Below the pieces are notes generated by a model. That model made no database searches. It saw only the letters and a program-made list of their open reading frames with translations, and was not told the DNA's origin. Below are positions 1 to 24,330 of a stretch of 64,000 nucleotides of DNA, piece by piece. How positions within the stretch are numbered: position 1 is the first letter of the stretch; each line of letters begins with the position of its first letter. A program made the translations under genes and the position numbers. The DNA is from the human T2T-CHM13v2.0 reference genome, Homo sapiens. Location of the stretch: the NCBI RefSeq assembly GCF_009914755.1, contig NC_060936.1; one strand, 5' to 3'.

Positions 1-250
1 ATCATCCTTGGTATTTCCTATATTATCTCTATTCTGCTTTTCTCTTACAGAGCACTCTTGTCAACTTGTAGTTTCATGTCTTTTGTTTCTATATAAACTT
101 AGTCTATTTTCCCCCACAGTCTGAAGTTTCATTGTGAAGACAGGGATAGTCTGTTGTGTTGAGGCTATATTCCTAGGGCCTAACAGTGCCTGTCACATCA
201 TAGATACTCAACTAATATTGATGGAGTAAATGAATAAATGAATGAATGAA
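1..250 (+). mobile_element. L2 LINE 3' end fragment
   Basis: 'cctagggcctaacagtgcctgtcacatcatagatactcaa...tgaataaatgaatgaatgaa' resembles the L2 3' terminus with its (TGAA)n tail. Confidence 0.6.
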
Positions 251-688
251 ATGGCTCCTTTGTCCTCTCTCTGTTAAGTGTTTTATTCCCATACAGTGTT
301 GTGCTGCAGGCAAGCCCTTTGCCAGCTCACAAGAGTGAACGGTTAATTTTTCAGGGATTTTGCAAGCCAATTGTTAAGCTTAGTGGCTTGACATTGGCCT
401 TGGTTGGGGTATATATATACCATAGACATAGGGAAATGCTGCATGTTAAGACTTTTTATTCCCACAAAGAGCTGGTTTACCAGCATACCTCTACTCTCAT
501 CTTCTAAATCAAACTATAAATATTGAGCTATCATGCAAAATCATGCCCATAGGTTATTTAAAATATTTCAATAAAAAAGTATTGAATTTAAAAAATATTA
601 AATACATGCTATATAATTATTTACCTGTGGGAAATAGTTCTTTTATAAGCTAACTTATAATCTAAAATATGTGTCTCTGATCTCCTAA

Positions 689-901
<213 letters not shown>

Positions 902-1796
902 TAAATTATACACACAGACCTTGTAAGTTATCAGTGCACATGCCTTCATTAGAACTGCCATTCTTTCTCCCCATGCACATTTGATGCTTGAGCTACATCA
1001 GGAAGGATAAAATATACAGCACAGGATGTGCTGACTCATCAGCCCAAAACAGCTGGCACTGTGTTGAGCAGAAATAAAGTAGGAAAAAGAAAATCAACAG
1101 AACAACTCTGCTAACTCAAAAAGTGCATCTATAAAAGTTAAAAAGCCCAGAGAAAACTATGAGCTTTCACTATTTACTCCCAGGCCATAAATAAGTCTCC
1201 CCATGAGATCTTTAGAGCAAAAAATAGTGATAAGAGAAATATTTTTGGTTGATGCTAAATATGCAGCATATTGAGTCTTTATTAAAAGATGATTAACAAT
1301 AGAAAAATTAGGCTAAGTTGTGTTTTCAATTATTTAAATCCAGCTTCCTGTGTCTGAGTTGGAATGGATGGCTATTTTATTAAAAATGGAGCCTTAATAT
1401 GCCAGACAATAATTATGAAGGGAAATATTCTATTAAATATCCTTGTAGTTAATATGTTCATATTAAGTTGCTATATGTAGCCACAATGATAACATGCAAT
1501 CTTATCATTTAGGGGTTTTTGAAAATATTTACATTTTCTCACCCCATCTCCATAGTTAGCCTATAAGAATCTAAAGATAATATCCAATAATTTTGGGCCA
1601 TTTCTTGCAAATCTTTAATGGGCATCAGAGAGTCAAACTGCATAAAGCAACACTATTTTTACATTTTATTAAATAATTGGCGCAGGTGTATATTTTCAGT
1701 GATACACAAGTTTGCCCATAACTTGAAGGAAAAACAAAGAGCAGACATCAAACCTACAACAAAGAACCTTCTAAAGGTCCAGAATAACAAATACTC

Positions 1797-2392
1797 TTTA
1801 TTTATTTTATTTTATTTATTTTAATTGCCAAATAGTAGTTGTACATATTCATGGGGCACATAGTAATGTTTTCATATATATAATGTATTGTAATCAAATC
1901 AGAGTAGTTAGCATATTTATCATCTCAAACATTTATCATTTGTTTGTCTTGGGAACAGTCAATATCCTACTTGTAGCTATTTGAAATTATATCATATGTT
2001 ATTGTTAACTATAGCCATCCTGTAGTGGTACAGAACACTAGAATTCATTCCTCCTATGTAGCTGTGATTTTATATCCTTAAACAAATCTCTCCCTACCTT
2101 CCCCTTCCCAGTCTTTAGTATCCTTTGTTCTACCTTTTATTTCTATGATATCAACTTTTCTTTAGCTTCCACATGAGTAAGAACATACAGTGTTTACTTT
2201 CTGTTCCTGGCTTATTTCACTTAACATAATGTCTGCCAGTTCCATCCATTGCCACAAATGACAGGATTCATTCTTTTTTATGGCCGAATAGTATTCCATT
2301 GTGTATATGTACCACATTTTATTTATCCATTCATCTGTTGTTGGACACCTAGGTTAATTCTGTATGTTGGCTGTTGTGAATAGTGCCATACC
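1797..2392 (-). mobile_element. L1 (L1MA-like) 3' end fragment in last intron
   Basis: (TTTTA)n tail followed by L1 3'UTR/ORF2-end motifs such as 'gaatagtattccattgtgtatatgtaccacatttt'. Confidence 0.8.
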
Positions 2393-2481
2393 ACTCTTAA
2401 TATGCCAAATTGTGTCTTCATTTACCTTTAATCTATTCTTAGAAGACAGTATCTTATGAATTAATCACAGCTTTATTCCAA

Positions 2482-2609
2482 GAAGAAAGCTAATATAATA
2501 GCTACACTTATTTTATATATATAAAATATATATTTTATATATATAATAAGTATAGCTATATAATATATACATATATAAAATAAGTATAGCTATTATGTTA
2601 GCTTTCTTC
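2482..2609. repeat. 39-bp inverted repeat flanking an AT-rich core
   Basis: 2482-2520 is the reverse complement of 2571-2609 with 2 mismatches. Confidence 0.9.
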
Positions 2610-2628
2610 ATGGAAACATTAATCCAAA

Positions 2629-2631
<3 letters not shown>

Positions 2632-2675
<44 letters not shown>
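2632..2675. repeat. (AT)~22 microsatellite
   Basis: Read directly. Confidence 0.97.
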
Positions 2676-2677
<2 letters not shown>

Positions 2678-2678
<1 letters not shown>

Positions 2679-2930
2679 GCCTAGGTCCAAGTTAACCACT
2701 TTATGTATGTAATCTCATTTCATACTTAGAAGAACTTTATGAGAAAAGTACTATTGTTATTATCCTAATTTTATATGTGAAAAAACTGAGGCTTAGAATT
2801 TCTTTACATGTAAAATAAGAATGATAACAGTCCTTGTCAAAGTGACATTATGCATATAAAAGCACTTGGAACAGCGCCCAATACATAGGAACACACAGTA
2901 AATGGTCCTGTCATCATCATCATTATTATT
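2678..2930. mobile_element. Two adjacent MIR fragments in opposite orientation
   Basis: 'attttatatgtgaaaaaactgaggcttaga' (- core) followed by 'tgtaaaataagaatgataacag...aaagcacttggaacagcgcc' (+). Confidence 0.65.
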
Positions 2931-3012
2931 CACATGCTAATGTCCTCTCTTTTTCAAGTTAACATTTTATTAGAAAATAGATCTAACAATAAGATTAAAT
3001 CAGTATATAAAT

Positions 3013-3208
3013 CAGTGCTGTCTAATAGAACTTTGTGATGATTGAAATATTCTATCATCCATGCTGTCCAATAATATGATAGCCACAGCTGGCCAATGAG
3101 CACCTCAGTCACTAATTTGACCAAGGAACGTTATTTAACTTCCATGTATTTAAATTTAAATTGATATAGCTAGATGTGGCTGGTAGCTACTCTGTAGTAT
3201 AGGGCAGT
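3013..3208. mobile_element. MER3-like hAT-Charlie MITE
   Basis: Begins 'cagtgctgtctaatagaactttgtgatgattgaaatattcta', matching the MER3 end as recalled. Confidence 0.7.
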
Positions 3209-5204
3209 CTTAAATGACCAAAAATAACCAATAACTCTACCATCTTTGTATTGGTTGATAGTTTTAAATACAACCTTTATCATATAAATTTTCACATGGT
3301 GTCAAATTATACATACTTATTTACTTTCAACATCTGTTACATAAGTAAATGCAGAGGACACTGGTTCCCTGTTCCCAATAACTTTTTCACTAGCCTGAAC
3401 CAGCGGGCCCCCTGCTTTGGACCCACTCACAAACCCTCAAGACATCAATTTTTTCCAACGATTTATTTTGCAATATTTATTCAGTGAACTTTTTTGAGTT
3501 CTAAGACCTTATTCCTATGGAAACTAACACCTCCTGGCATTTAATTTTTTTAATTCCACAAAATAAATATAAAGCAAGGCATTGAGATGAAAACTCCCAT
3601 TGAGCTACAATTCTATGCCTTTAAAATAAATATCCTTTTCAACTACAAACTGCAGAAAATGCAGGTATATTGAAAGTGAAGCACATTAAAAATAAGACAC
3701 ATGCTAGGTTTCTGGGGCAGCATTTCAGAGGCAATAGCGTTTTGTCAGGACAGACAGAAACTATGCCCAATATAGAATACATTAGACATGGAAATAATGA
3801 GCATTCCTTTGACTGTATCCCTCTTTCTCTGCTCCTTGAGTCACTTTGTTCTTTTTTTTTTCCTTTTTTTATAGGAGGCAACTTTTCTAGTCTTCACCTT
3901 TTTCTAGAAAAAAATAATTGAGTATTTCACATGCTAAAATAGGGTCTTAAGTTTGCCTTATCCTGAGGTTATAAGACAATCTGCCTGTCCTTCTGTCTTT
4001 CTCTATCCCTATGAAATGTATTATGAAAGAAGCAAAATATGCTAATTTCCAAATGCATGTGAGAATGTAAGCCCTTCTCCCCCAAATGTAGAAATAAACT
4101 ACATATGCAGCTGGAAACATTAATCCAAAGGCTTCACAAGGATATTTTGTCTTGAATGCTACTAATCAATGCATTCCTAAGTGGAATAATCAAACTCTAA
4201 AAACTTCTGTTACCTTTGTGTGTCATGTCCCCCACCCCATTCATTACAATATGATTGCTTCCTGATAAATTTGCTTAGAACAAGCTCTAAGAATCAGTAT
4301 AGCCCTCTTCTTTGTTCCAGAAACTATCCAGTGGATAGTTAATTCCTTTCACAATGGAATCACTCCAAGGGAAGATTGTCCGTTTTATTGACAATGTGTT
4401 GCATTTCACATTCTAAATTCCACTTGCAGAAGTGATTGTTTTCTCTGCTCTGAAGCTGTATATCAATGACATTTCTCATTTCATTAATATAATAAACCAG
4501 TCTCCAGCATATAAAGTCCACTAAAGGGCCCTAACTCAGCTGGTTCTTAATCTGGCCCTAGCTTTTATAATTACATTTTCTGCTACTTTCAACTCTGGCA
4601 ATAAATGTTACATATTCCATTTATTTTAAACTCTTACCTTTACACTCAGCTGCTAGATTGAAACCATCACATATTCTGCTAAGTAAATTCATTACTTAGG
4701 AAGTAGAACTGAAATTTGCTTTTAAAAAGTATATATTTTATACCATAATGGTATAGGTTTGCTTTCATCAGTTCAATCATTCAGAAAAGGAAGTCATCAA
4801 ATAAACTTTCAAAATCTGATGGAATCATTGAATAAATCCCGTGTAGCCTAAACTGATATTTCCATTTGATATCAATGCCAGATACATTGTAGTTACTCAG
4901 TAAATGTTTACTAAGAGAACGTATGGATGAGAAAAAAATATCTTTATTACTACTTTTTAACCATACTTTTCACTATACTATCATGTTTTATGCTCACAAT
5001 CATATGATTAGTTGAAATTCTATATTAATTCTATATTAATTTTTTTGTAACATGCTGTCCCCCCACCCTTAAAATCAGATTATTGCACATGGTTGCCTTG
5101 GGAATTGTAATCAAATAGAGTGGGCTGAACACCAATGCCAGAACTTTCACTGATAAGACAACTGAAGCAAATGAATTTAGAGGTTAGCACAAGTTGACAC
5201 AGAC

Positions 5205-5415
5205 TCCATGGCATGGAGGTTCACAGCATAGGCTCTGAAAACCAAACAACTCATTCCTTAAACAACCTCAGACAGGTTATATAACTTCTCAGAGCTTCAA
5301 GCATCCTTACCTGTATAATGGCAATATTAATAGGATCTATTATGAGAAGTAACTGAGTTCATTCATGTAAAAGACTTAGTGCAAAGTATATAATAAAAAT
5401 TAACGTTTGAGTATT
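5205..5415 (+). mobile_element. MIR fragment
   Basis: 'ataacttctcagagcttcaagcatccttacctgtataatggcaatattaata' is a diverged MIR core. Confidence 0.6.
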
Positions 5416-5558
5416 AAGATTCAAGTCATTTTCATCCTCATCCTAGTGCTTGGAGATTGATTCTTCTATTTCCAATTCTTTAGCGCTCAAGGACGCTTTA
5501 TAGTCGGGCCTTATCTCTAGAGCTAGATGATTCATATTCATTTCATGGCTTCTTTCAG

Positions 5559-5765
5559 AAAGTGCAGGTGGTGGTAACTGTTTTGGACTATGACAAGATT
5601 GGCAAGAACGATGCCATCGGCAAAGTCTTTGTGGGCTACAACAGCACCGGCGCGGAGCTGCGACACTGGTCAGACATGCTGGCCAACCCCAGGCGACCTA
5701 TTGCCCAGTGGCACACCCTGCAGGTAGAGGAGGAAGTTGATGCCATGCTGGCCGTCAAGAAGTAA
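5559..5765 (+). CDS. SYT1: Synaptotagmin-1 last coding exon (end of C2B, WHTL motif, stop)
   Basis: ttctttcag| acceptor; 207 nt, phase 0 with the previous exon; [26 protein letters not shown]...[22 protein letters not shown]; Ca2+-ligand DYD loop intact. Confidence 0.99.
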   Translation, partial: KVQVVVTVLDYDKIGKNDAIGKVFVGYNSTGAELRHWSDMLANPRRPIAQWHTLQVEEEVDAMLAVKK

Positions 5766-6560
5766 AGGAAAGAAGAAGCCTTTCTGCATTTGCCCATATA
5801 GTGCTCTTTAGCCAGTATCTGTAAATACCTCAGTAATATGGGTCCTTTCATTTTTCCAGCCATGCATTCCTAACACAATTCAGTGGTACTTGGAATCCTG
5901 TTTTAATTTGCACAAATTTAAATGTAGAGAGCCCCTAAGTCCTTCATCATACCACTGCCCTCCAAATCTACTCTTCTTTTAAGCAATATGATGTGTAGAT
6001 AGAGCATGAATGAAATTATTTATTGTATCACACTGTTGTATATACCAGTATGCTAAAGATTTATTTCTAGTTTGTGTATTTGTATGTTGTAAGCGTTTCC
6101 TAATCTGTGTATATCTAGATGTTTTTAATAAGATGTTCTATTTTAAACTATGTAAATTGACTGAGATATAGGAGAGCTGATAATATATTATACGGTAAAT
6201 ATAGTATCGTCTGCATTCCAGCAAAAATATCAACTCGTAAGGCACTAGTACAGTTAAACTGACATCTTAAAGGACAACTTAAACCTGAGCTTTCTATTGA
6301 ATCATTTGAGTACCAAGATAAACTTACACCACATACTTGGTGGGTGAATCCAATTTTGTAGAATTCCTACACAGGCAAAATAGCATGATCTGAGCAGCAG
6401 CATCCAGGCTGACCTCAAGGAAGCATAGCCACAAAACAGAATAGCACCTGTCTGTACATATTTACAAAGCTAAAATAATGGCTTCACTCTTATATTTGAG
6501 GAAGCAACTGAACAGGAGTCAATGATTTCATATTACTGCATATAGAATAACAACAAGGTG

Positions 6561-6564
<4 letters not shown>

Positions 6565-6597
<33 letters not shown>
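6565..6597. repeat. (GT)16 microsatellite in 3'UTR
   Basis: Read directly. Confidence 0.97.
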
Positions 6598-6598
<1 letters not shown>

Positions 6599-8621
6599 AC
6601 ATTTGTTTGGGGATGGGGGAGAAGAAGCTAAGGGGAGAAGTCAACATTTATGAAATATTGCCTGACTATTTAAAAAGAAAAAAGTAGCTCTCCATTATCA
6701 CCTTTATACAAAATGTACATCCTGTGAATTCTGTTCCAGATTTCACACCTACAATAATTCCAAAAGGTTTGCACATTAGAGTTTGTAACAAAATATTTTA
6801 TTATATAAAACCAGGTTAGAAGGAATGCAGGATATTTTTAACACAACAATCTGTGCTTATTACACAAAATTACTTTGTGGTAAACAGACAGTATTGTAAT
6901 CCCATCAAAAGATGAAAGAAAAACAAAAACAAAAACCAACAACAATTAGCCATAGTTCTGAATGCACTTCAATTAAGCCAAAACAGACAGCTAGTGATCT
7001 TTTTATATGCTCTTTTTACTTAAGTTTTAATTTGTCCTTTAAAAAAAGGTGAAACAAACCAAGAACAAGTTCTAGAAAACTGAAGCAACCTCTTATGTAT
7101 ACTAGATGCTTGATTTAGGAGGAGTTTTTAAACGTTTTCAATGTTATTATGTAGTAAATGACACTATTATGAAGCTACTAGTCATTCCATAAGAGTCTTA
7201 AAGGACTGCTCTGTGTAACACTGTGACTGCCGTGTGTGCTTAGACCCGTAGTTTCCTCAGTGGATAGCACTCAATTTATTCCGTAGTGATATTGTAACAA
7301 TACTGCCATTCCCTTCTACTGCACTGCCCAAGGTGTGTGTAGCACAAACAGTTCTCATTACAAAGGACCAATTCAGAACTGAAAAGCTATGCATAGGACA
7401 AGGAAGATACATAGAATGGGGTGGAACACAGCATTTTGTCAAGCACTGTGCAATATTCCATATTTTTCCCCACTATGGTAGACAACCATTTCGTGGAAGG
7501 GCAGCCTATTATCCCACACTGCATCTAGCCTTTTGTCCCATTCACTTCTGTGATCCATTTTAATTTCCAGGCCACAAGACAGTAGTGATGCTCTGAAATG
7601 AAAGTTTGTCTTCACAAATATCAAAACAAAATGGAGGAAAACTAAGCATTGGCCTCATGTTCAGTCTTCAGGATATCACACCACGTCTTTTCAAAAACTA
7701 AAGAGAATTCAAAAAGGGCTGATGGTAGGCTTTGAACATGGGGTTGGCTGTTTCCCAGTAAAACTGGAATTCCTGTCGTTACTGTTTCCTTATCAAAGAA
7801 GGGGCAAGCTCTTTTGCCTTTTAGGCCAGACATAGCAAACGCTTTATAATTGGCATAGACATAAAGGATAAAAGGAAAATAACCGTCTGCCGATGGTCCG
7901 TACTTCTTAAAAAACATAGGTAATAGAAAATATACACAAGTCAGAATGTGAAATTAAATAATGGTTTGAACAGAAAATTCAAACAAGACTCTTTCCAATT
8001 TAAAGGGCCAAACCCTACCAAAGAGAGGGAGTTGACTGGCTTTTAAAAAGTATTTAAATACCACAAATGACATTTAATTTCACTGTATTCAGCTTTAAGT
8101 TGTTCACAATGAAACCACACTTTCAAACAAGCAGGTTCAAGCTGCTGAATAGACATTATTTCTTGCATTAAAATACCACTAATGCATTCTCTTGCAACAC
8201 TGCCAGACATGGGATTGTCACCATAGAATTAGTTGGTACTATGCCATCTTTCACTCTTTCACAAGTCAGTGATGGAACCTGCTTTATGACCAAGATTCAT
8301 CCTCAAATAAGCCACATGTACCCTTCTGACAAAGCTGTGTAAAGTATTAGAATCTGATGCTCTAGAAAGATCCTAGTTGCCTTTGTGTATATTTACTGCC
8401 TGCTTGAGTGTTTCTATGTGTGGGTTTTCCCTGTATCTTGTAGAAATGTTGGGGTGTTTTCCTCTGCCATATGGCTCGTGGCCTGCGAGCCAACTATTTC
8501 AGCTGTATTTTACCTTCATTTTTGATGAGGTGATTTAAATTTTGTTTCACTTTGTGTAGTGAATTCCACAGTAGTTTTCTGATTGTTGTTAAAAATGACT
8601 TAACATATTACACAGATATTC

Positions 8622-8627
8622 AATAAA
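8622..8627 (+). terminator. Polyadenylation signal AATAAA of SYT1
   Basis: AATAAA followed ~15-30 nt later by 'tgttgatgttgctgcgtt' (GU-rich). Confidence 0.85.
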
Positions 8628-9206
8628 AATGTTTTATTTCCTGTTGATGTTGCTGCGTTCCCACTCTTTTCCTTGCCTGACTCTGGTGGTAAGCCAATGG
8701 CCTATTGACTTTGGGGGACTCCTGGAAGCAGCAGCAGCTAAACAAAACTGCACTGAATGCCAGCATCTGAGTCACATCTGAGTACAGAATAGCTAGAGGG
8801 AAAACAACACCCGGGAGCATTTGGCCATGACCGCGTGGTGTTCCTGGGCAGTGTCATTCTCAACATGTGTTTCTCTATTCCTGTGTGTCATCAGTTCATC
8901 TGGCGTACTCTGAGGCTTTTCACTTTGCCCAGCATGTGTCCTTCAGGGTTTTCACTCCAGAACCCAAGTCACACAGCTTCTCCAGAATGGGACGGAAAAC
9001 AAAACTATTTAAACCCCAGTTTCAGAGGACAGTATGACACATTAAATTCTATGCCTACTACGATCGCTATGGGAAACAAGTAAATACTTTTCCTCCACTA
9101 AATTTAACATTTATCAAGTGCCTACTGTACTGGACGCTGAAGCCCACAGTTTCAGGCTGATGTAAATACGCTATCCCAATGCACTGTGATGTGGGCTTAA
9201 AAGTAA

Positions 9207-9536
<330 letters not shown>

Positions 9537-9594
9537 TATCCCTGAGGACTTTTACTGGATCAATCGTAGTAGATACCATGGTGTATCACCATGA

Positions 9595-9955
9595 TCCCCC
9601 TTCAGCAGAGAGGTACTCTTGCTGCAGCTGCTGGAAGTGGTGCTTGCTGACAGCTGACAGCTGTGTTCCTCTGCGCTCTACAGAAGGAAGCTGTCTCACC
9701 TAAGTTTATGCACCCTCCCTGGGAGCAGCCCACAATCGGCTGCTGATTTCGGAATCTCTGAAGCGCCATCTCAGTTTCATAGCCCCAGGAGTTAGTGGAG
9801 ACTGCTTTCGCAACTGCACTGCAGTTCAACTTCTTTCTCTGCCCTGTTGGTTTTCTTCAGTGTTTTGCAGGTGTTGCTCCTAAGAGCACTTCCTCCAATA
9901 AAACCCCTTCATGTACAGTTTCATCTCAGAATCTGTATCCTGGGGATCCCATCCC
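9595..9955 (+). mobile_element. Old ERVL LTR (LTR16-like)
   Basis: 'cactgcagttcaacttctttctct...cctccaataaa...catctcagaatctgtatcctgggga' resembles the LTR16 3' half. Confidence 0.55.
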
Positions 9956-11829
9956 ACAGCACATTCTTTGGGGAGGAGATATCAAGAAGAGTTTTCTAGA
10001 GAGGATAACACAGCGAAGTACTAAAGGAACTGGCAGGAGTCATCCAAGTAAGGGAGTGAGCAAGACTTCTGCAAAATTTATCTCACTTGACAAGTGTATT
10101 CATGATGGAGTCTTTGAGGTTGGCTGTATTATACTTCCTTCACTCAGCTCTATCAGTCATGGCCAAATAAAAATAGGAACTAAACCCAAACTGCTAAGAC
10201 AACCAGTGGAAAGATCACTTAATAACTATACACTGTGAGGAAGCTGCTGGCGAAGGGTTCAAAATCTAAGTTTATAAAATGAAACTTAAGGCACAACTGG
10301 TTTAGAAATTTAAAAAAAAAATCAGCATTAAACAATCACAATCGTTTGGTTTTCAATGGTGAGGATTCTGTTTCTTAAAATGCTCTTGAAATTTGATCCA
10401 AAACTATTTAAAGAATATTTCTTAATGAATTATCAAAAAGAAAAAACTCACTTCATCCTTTTTCAATGTCATTTTCCCAAAAGGTTTGAAGGTCTAATAT
10501 AAATACATTAAAGATATTTATTCGGTGTACTAGCCAGGAAAACAAAACCATTTCACATATTTCAGTGAGAGATTTTAAGATAGGAAAGTGGCTGCATAAG
10601 GGAGAGCTGAGAAAGCAAAGCAGAGACAGTAGAGTAACCCAGAGATTAGTACATAGCAACTCTGGGGCTGGGAGAAGAAAAGAGAAAATGTAGTATTCAT
10701 GGAGCCCGAGACTGGAAAGGAGGGGCTGGAATCTTGGAGAAGGTTGCATGGAGACCCCATGATTCTAGGACCACAAAAGGGTATTAGGCCCACCCTGGAG
10801 GTGAGGGAACTCCCAGAAACCGCTGATCCAGTCTGCTCACTATTGCTAGAAGGAAATTGATAGAAGCTGAATGCAGGAAGATAATCTCTTCTCCTCTTCT
10901 CCTTTCCACTACAACCAGTGCTTCCCATTGGCAGAACCAGCTGGTAAGGGATTCTAGGAAAATAGTCTGCAAAGGCTCAGACCCCACCCCAAGTATATAG
11001 CAGAGTACAAAGGTGGGAATGAGAACAGCCAGCAAATGATCAGTGCATTAGGAAACCTGTTACCAGCGGCAAACACTTTTTAAGTGCTTTCATTTTTCCC
11101 ACAGAAGAGTCAGATGTTTCTGAGTCACACAAGTCATCCCCCACCTGATAAAACATGCATAGGAAATCACATTCTTATTCTATTTATGCAGAGAGTTTAC
11201 TCTTAACAGATTTGAAAATTCCAACCATGATTGCAGTTACCTTCCACCCCGACTGCAACACATCTTTATTACATATGCACAGGACTCTTTGATGTTTAGC
11301 AACTGATTTAGGCTGCACACAAATCTCTACCATAAAACTGTCACACGGTGACTTTGGAATAAGAAGGTGAAAAAGCAGGAAAATAAAAATGAGAAATAGC
11401 CTGGTACTAAATGTACAAAAAAATTTTCCAAAGCATACAGAGTAAGAATTATGCAAGAGGAGCCATCAAGAGAGACCCAGAAATAAAAGCACCATGCAAA
11501 CATGCTGATGATTTGTGGAATCTAAGTTCTAAGGCTGTTATATACATTTTTAAATCCGCATTTCAACGGTATTGATTTCTTCCCTCCCCACTTCTTCCCA
11601 CCAATGAATATCCCCAAAGTTGTCACATTCATCTTTCCCTGACAGTAACTATCCTGCCAGCCAAGCCTATCCCCTGTGCAAAATATTCTTGCCCCTACCA
11701 GGGCACACACAAGGTTAAGAGGTATTTTATACTTAGCAAGTTGGGACTCACTTCCTTTTCAGCTGTCCACTTTAACTCTGTCAACTTCCTACCTCCTCTG
11801 GACTCTGCAACGAAGTGCTGACACCTTTT

Positions 11830-12330
11830 ATAGGTAAGAATGTTTGAGTTGCAAATGGAAGAAATCTAAATCAAGTGGTATTAAGGAAAAAAGAGAGAAA
11901 GAAAGGTAAAAAAGTAGGAAGCTTTAGAGAAAGAGATAAACCACTGGCTCACCTAAACCAGGAAGTTCAACGCGGATGATTACTTTTAAGAACAGCTGGA
12001 TCAAAAGCCACAGTGTCATCATTTTCTCTCTCATTCTCCTTCCCCATAAACTCTGCTATCCTTAGTATTGACTTCATTGCCAAGCTGCTATGTCTCCATG
12101 TAGCAACAGGGAAGACCCTTGGCAGCTTCACACATATTCTTCCAGCTTAGCAGGCTTGCAGGGAGTGTTTGTTTCACAATTATACCACCAAAATTCCCAA
12201 ACCTGACTTGTATGACTGGGTCACATGTTCTTAAAACAATCCCCATAGCCAGATGATGATACAGTATTTACTTCAGCCAAAACTAGGCCATGTCTCTAGA
12301 CCCAGAGCCAAAGAGATAGGGGAAAAATAG
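11830..12330. mobile_element. Old MaLR LTR (MLT1J/K-like)
   Basis: Diverged MLT1-type motifs ('gttgcaaatggaagaaatctaaatcaagtgg', 'gactgggtcacatg'). Confidence 0.4.
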
Positions 12331-12613
12331 CTCCTCAAAAGAAAATAAAAATGATATTAACAAACAAGAAAAGTAGATACCAGGCAGACAAAAACAGCAA
12401 ACAGCTACACTTTGATTCCTGGTATACCACCAGCCCTAAGAGGAGGGACAAACTCAGGTGATAACAGCATCCTGGTCACTCCTCCTTTTACTAAAAACAC
12501 TATTAGAAAGGAAATTGTAAAAGTGTGTACCACCTTTCAATTATCTGAAAATTTCCACTTACTTTCTTATTTATTGCCGGGAAAATCAATCACTTGCTAT
12601 ATCTTTTAACAGA

Positions 12614-12648
12614 TTTTTTTTTTTGAGACAGGATCTTGCTCTGTCACC
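12614..12648 (-). mobile_element. Alu 3'-end stub truncated at the satellite junction
   Basis: T11-gagacaggatcttgctctgtcacc, then an abrupt switch to satellite. Confidence 0.8.
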
Positions 12649-12764
12649 GGGCGGGAAAGGGTGATAATATCTGCCCTGTGATATGGTTCATGATATCCAG
12701 TGGGGGAGAGGGTGATATTACTTGCCATATCACTGGAGGTGTACAATCCTATGTAATATCTACC

Positions 12765-13080
12765 TTGGAATTAGGAATAACGTTTTCCTAGAATATTTCT
12801 AATAAATTCACAGGGTGTACACCTACTATGACATTAGGCGTAACATCTCCCTACGATATTACCAATAATATCACAAGGTGTACAGCCACTGTGACACCAG
12901 GAGTAACACCTCAGTAGGATACTATGAATAGCAAGCATTACACTGTGACATTAGGTGTACACTGTGACATTAGGTGTAACATCTCAGTAGGATATTACAA
13001 ATAATATAAATGGGAGTACACCCCATGTGATATTAAGAGTAATATTAATATTGCTTGGATATTACAAATAATATCGATTA
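12765..13080 (-). repeat. Inverted block of type-A monomers
   Basis: Reads 'gacattaggcgtaacatctccctacgatattaccaataatatcaca', the reverse complement of the A monomer. Confidence 0.85.
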
Positions 13081-13104
13081 ATATTTATGGTAATAATTAT
13101 TAAC

Positions 13105-24330
<11,226 letters not shown>

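Larger units (their letters stand above)
5766..8648 (+). other. SYT1: SYT1 long 3'UTR
   Basis: No recognisable transposons, AU-rich, running from the stop codon to AATAAA at 8622 with a GU-rich downstream element; the end position is estimated. Confidence 0.85.

Noticed and set aside
5559-5567. Alternative acceptor CAG 9 nt into the last exon
   Set aside because: It would delete KVQ from the C2B fold, and nothing in the sequence shows it is used.
9795-10238. 147-aa ORF
   Set aside because: Overlaps an LTR-like remnant, has a non-ATG start and no recognisable domain.
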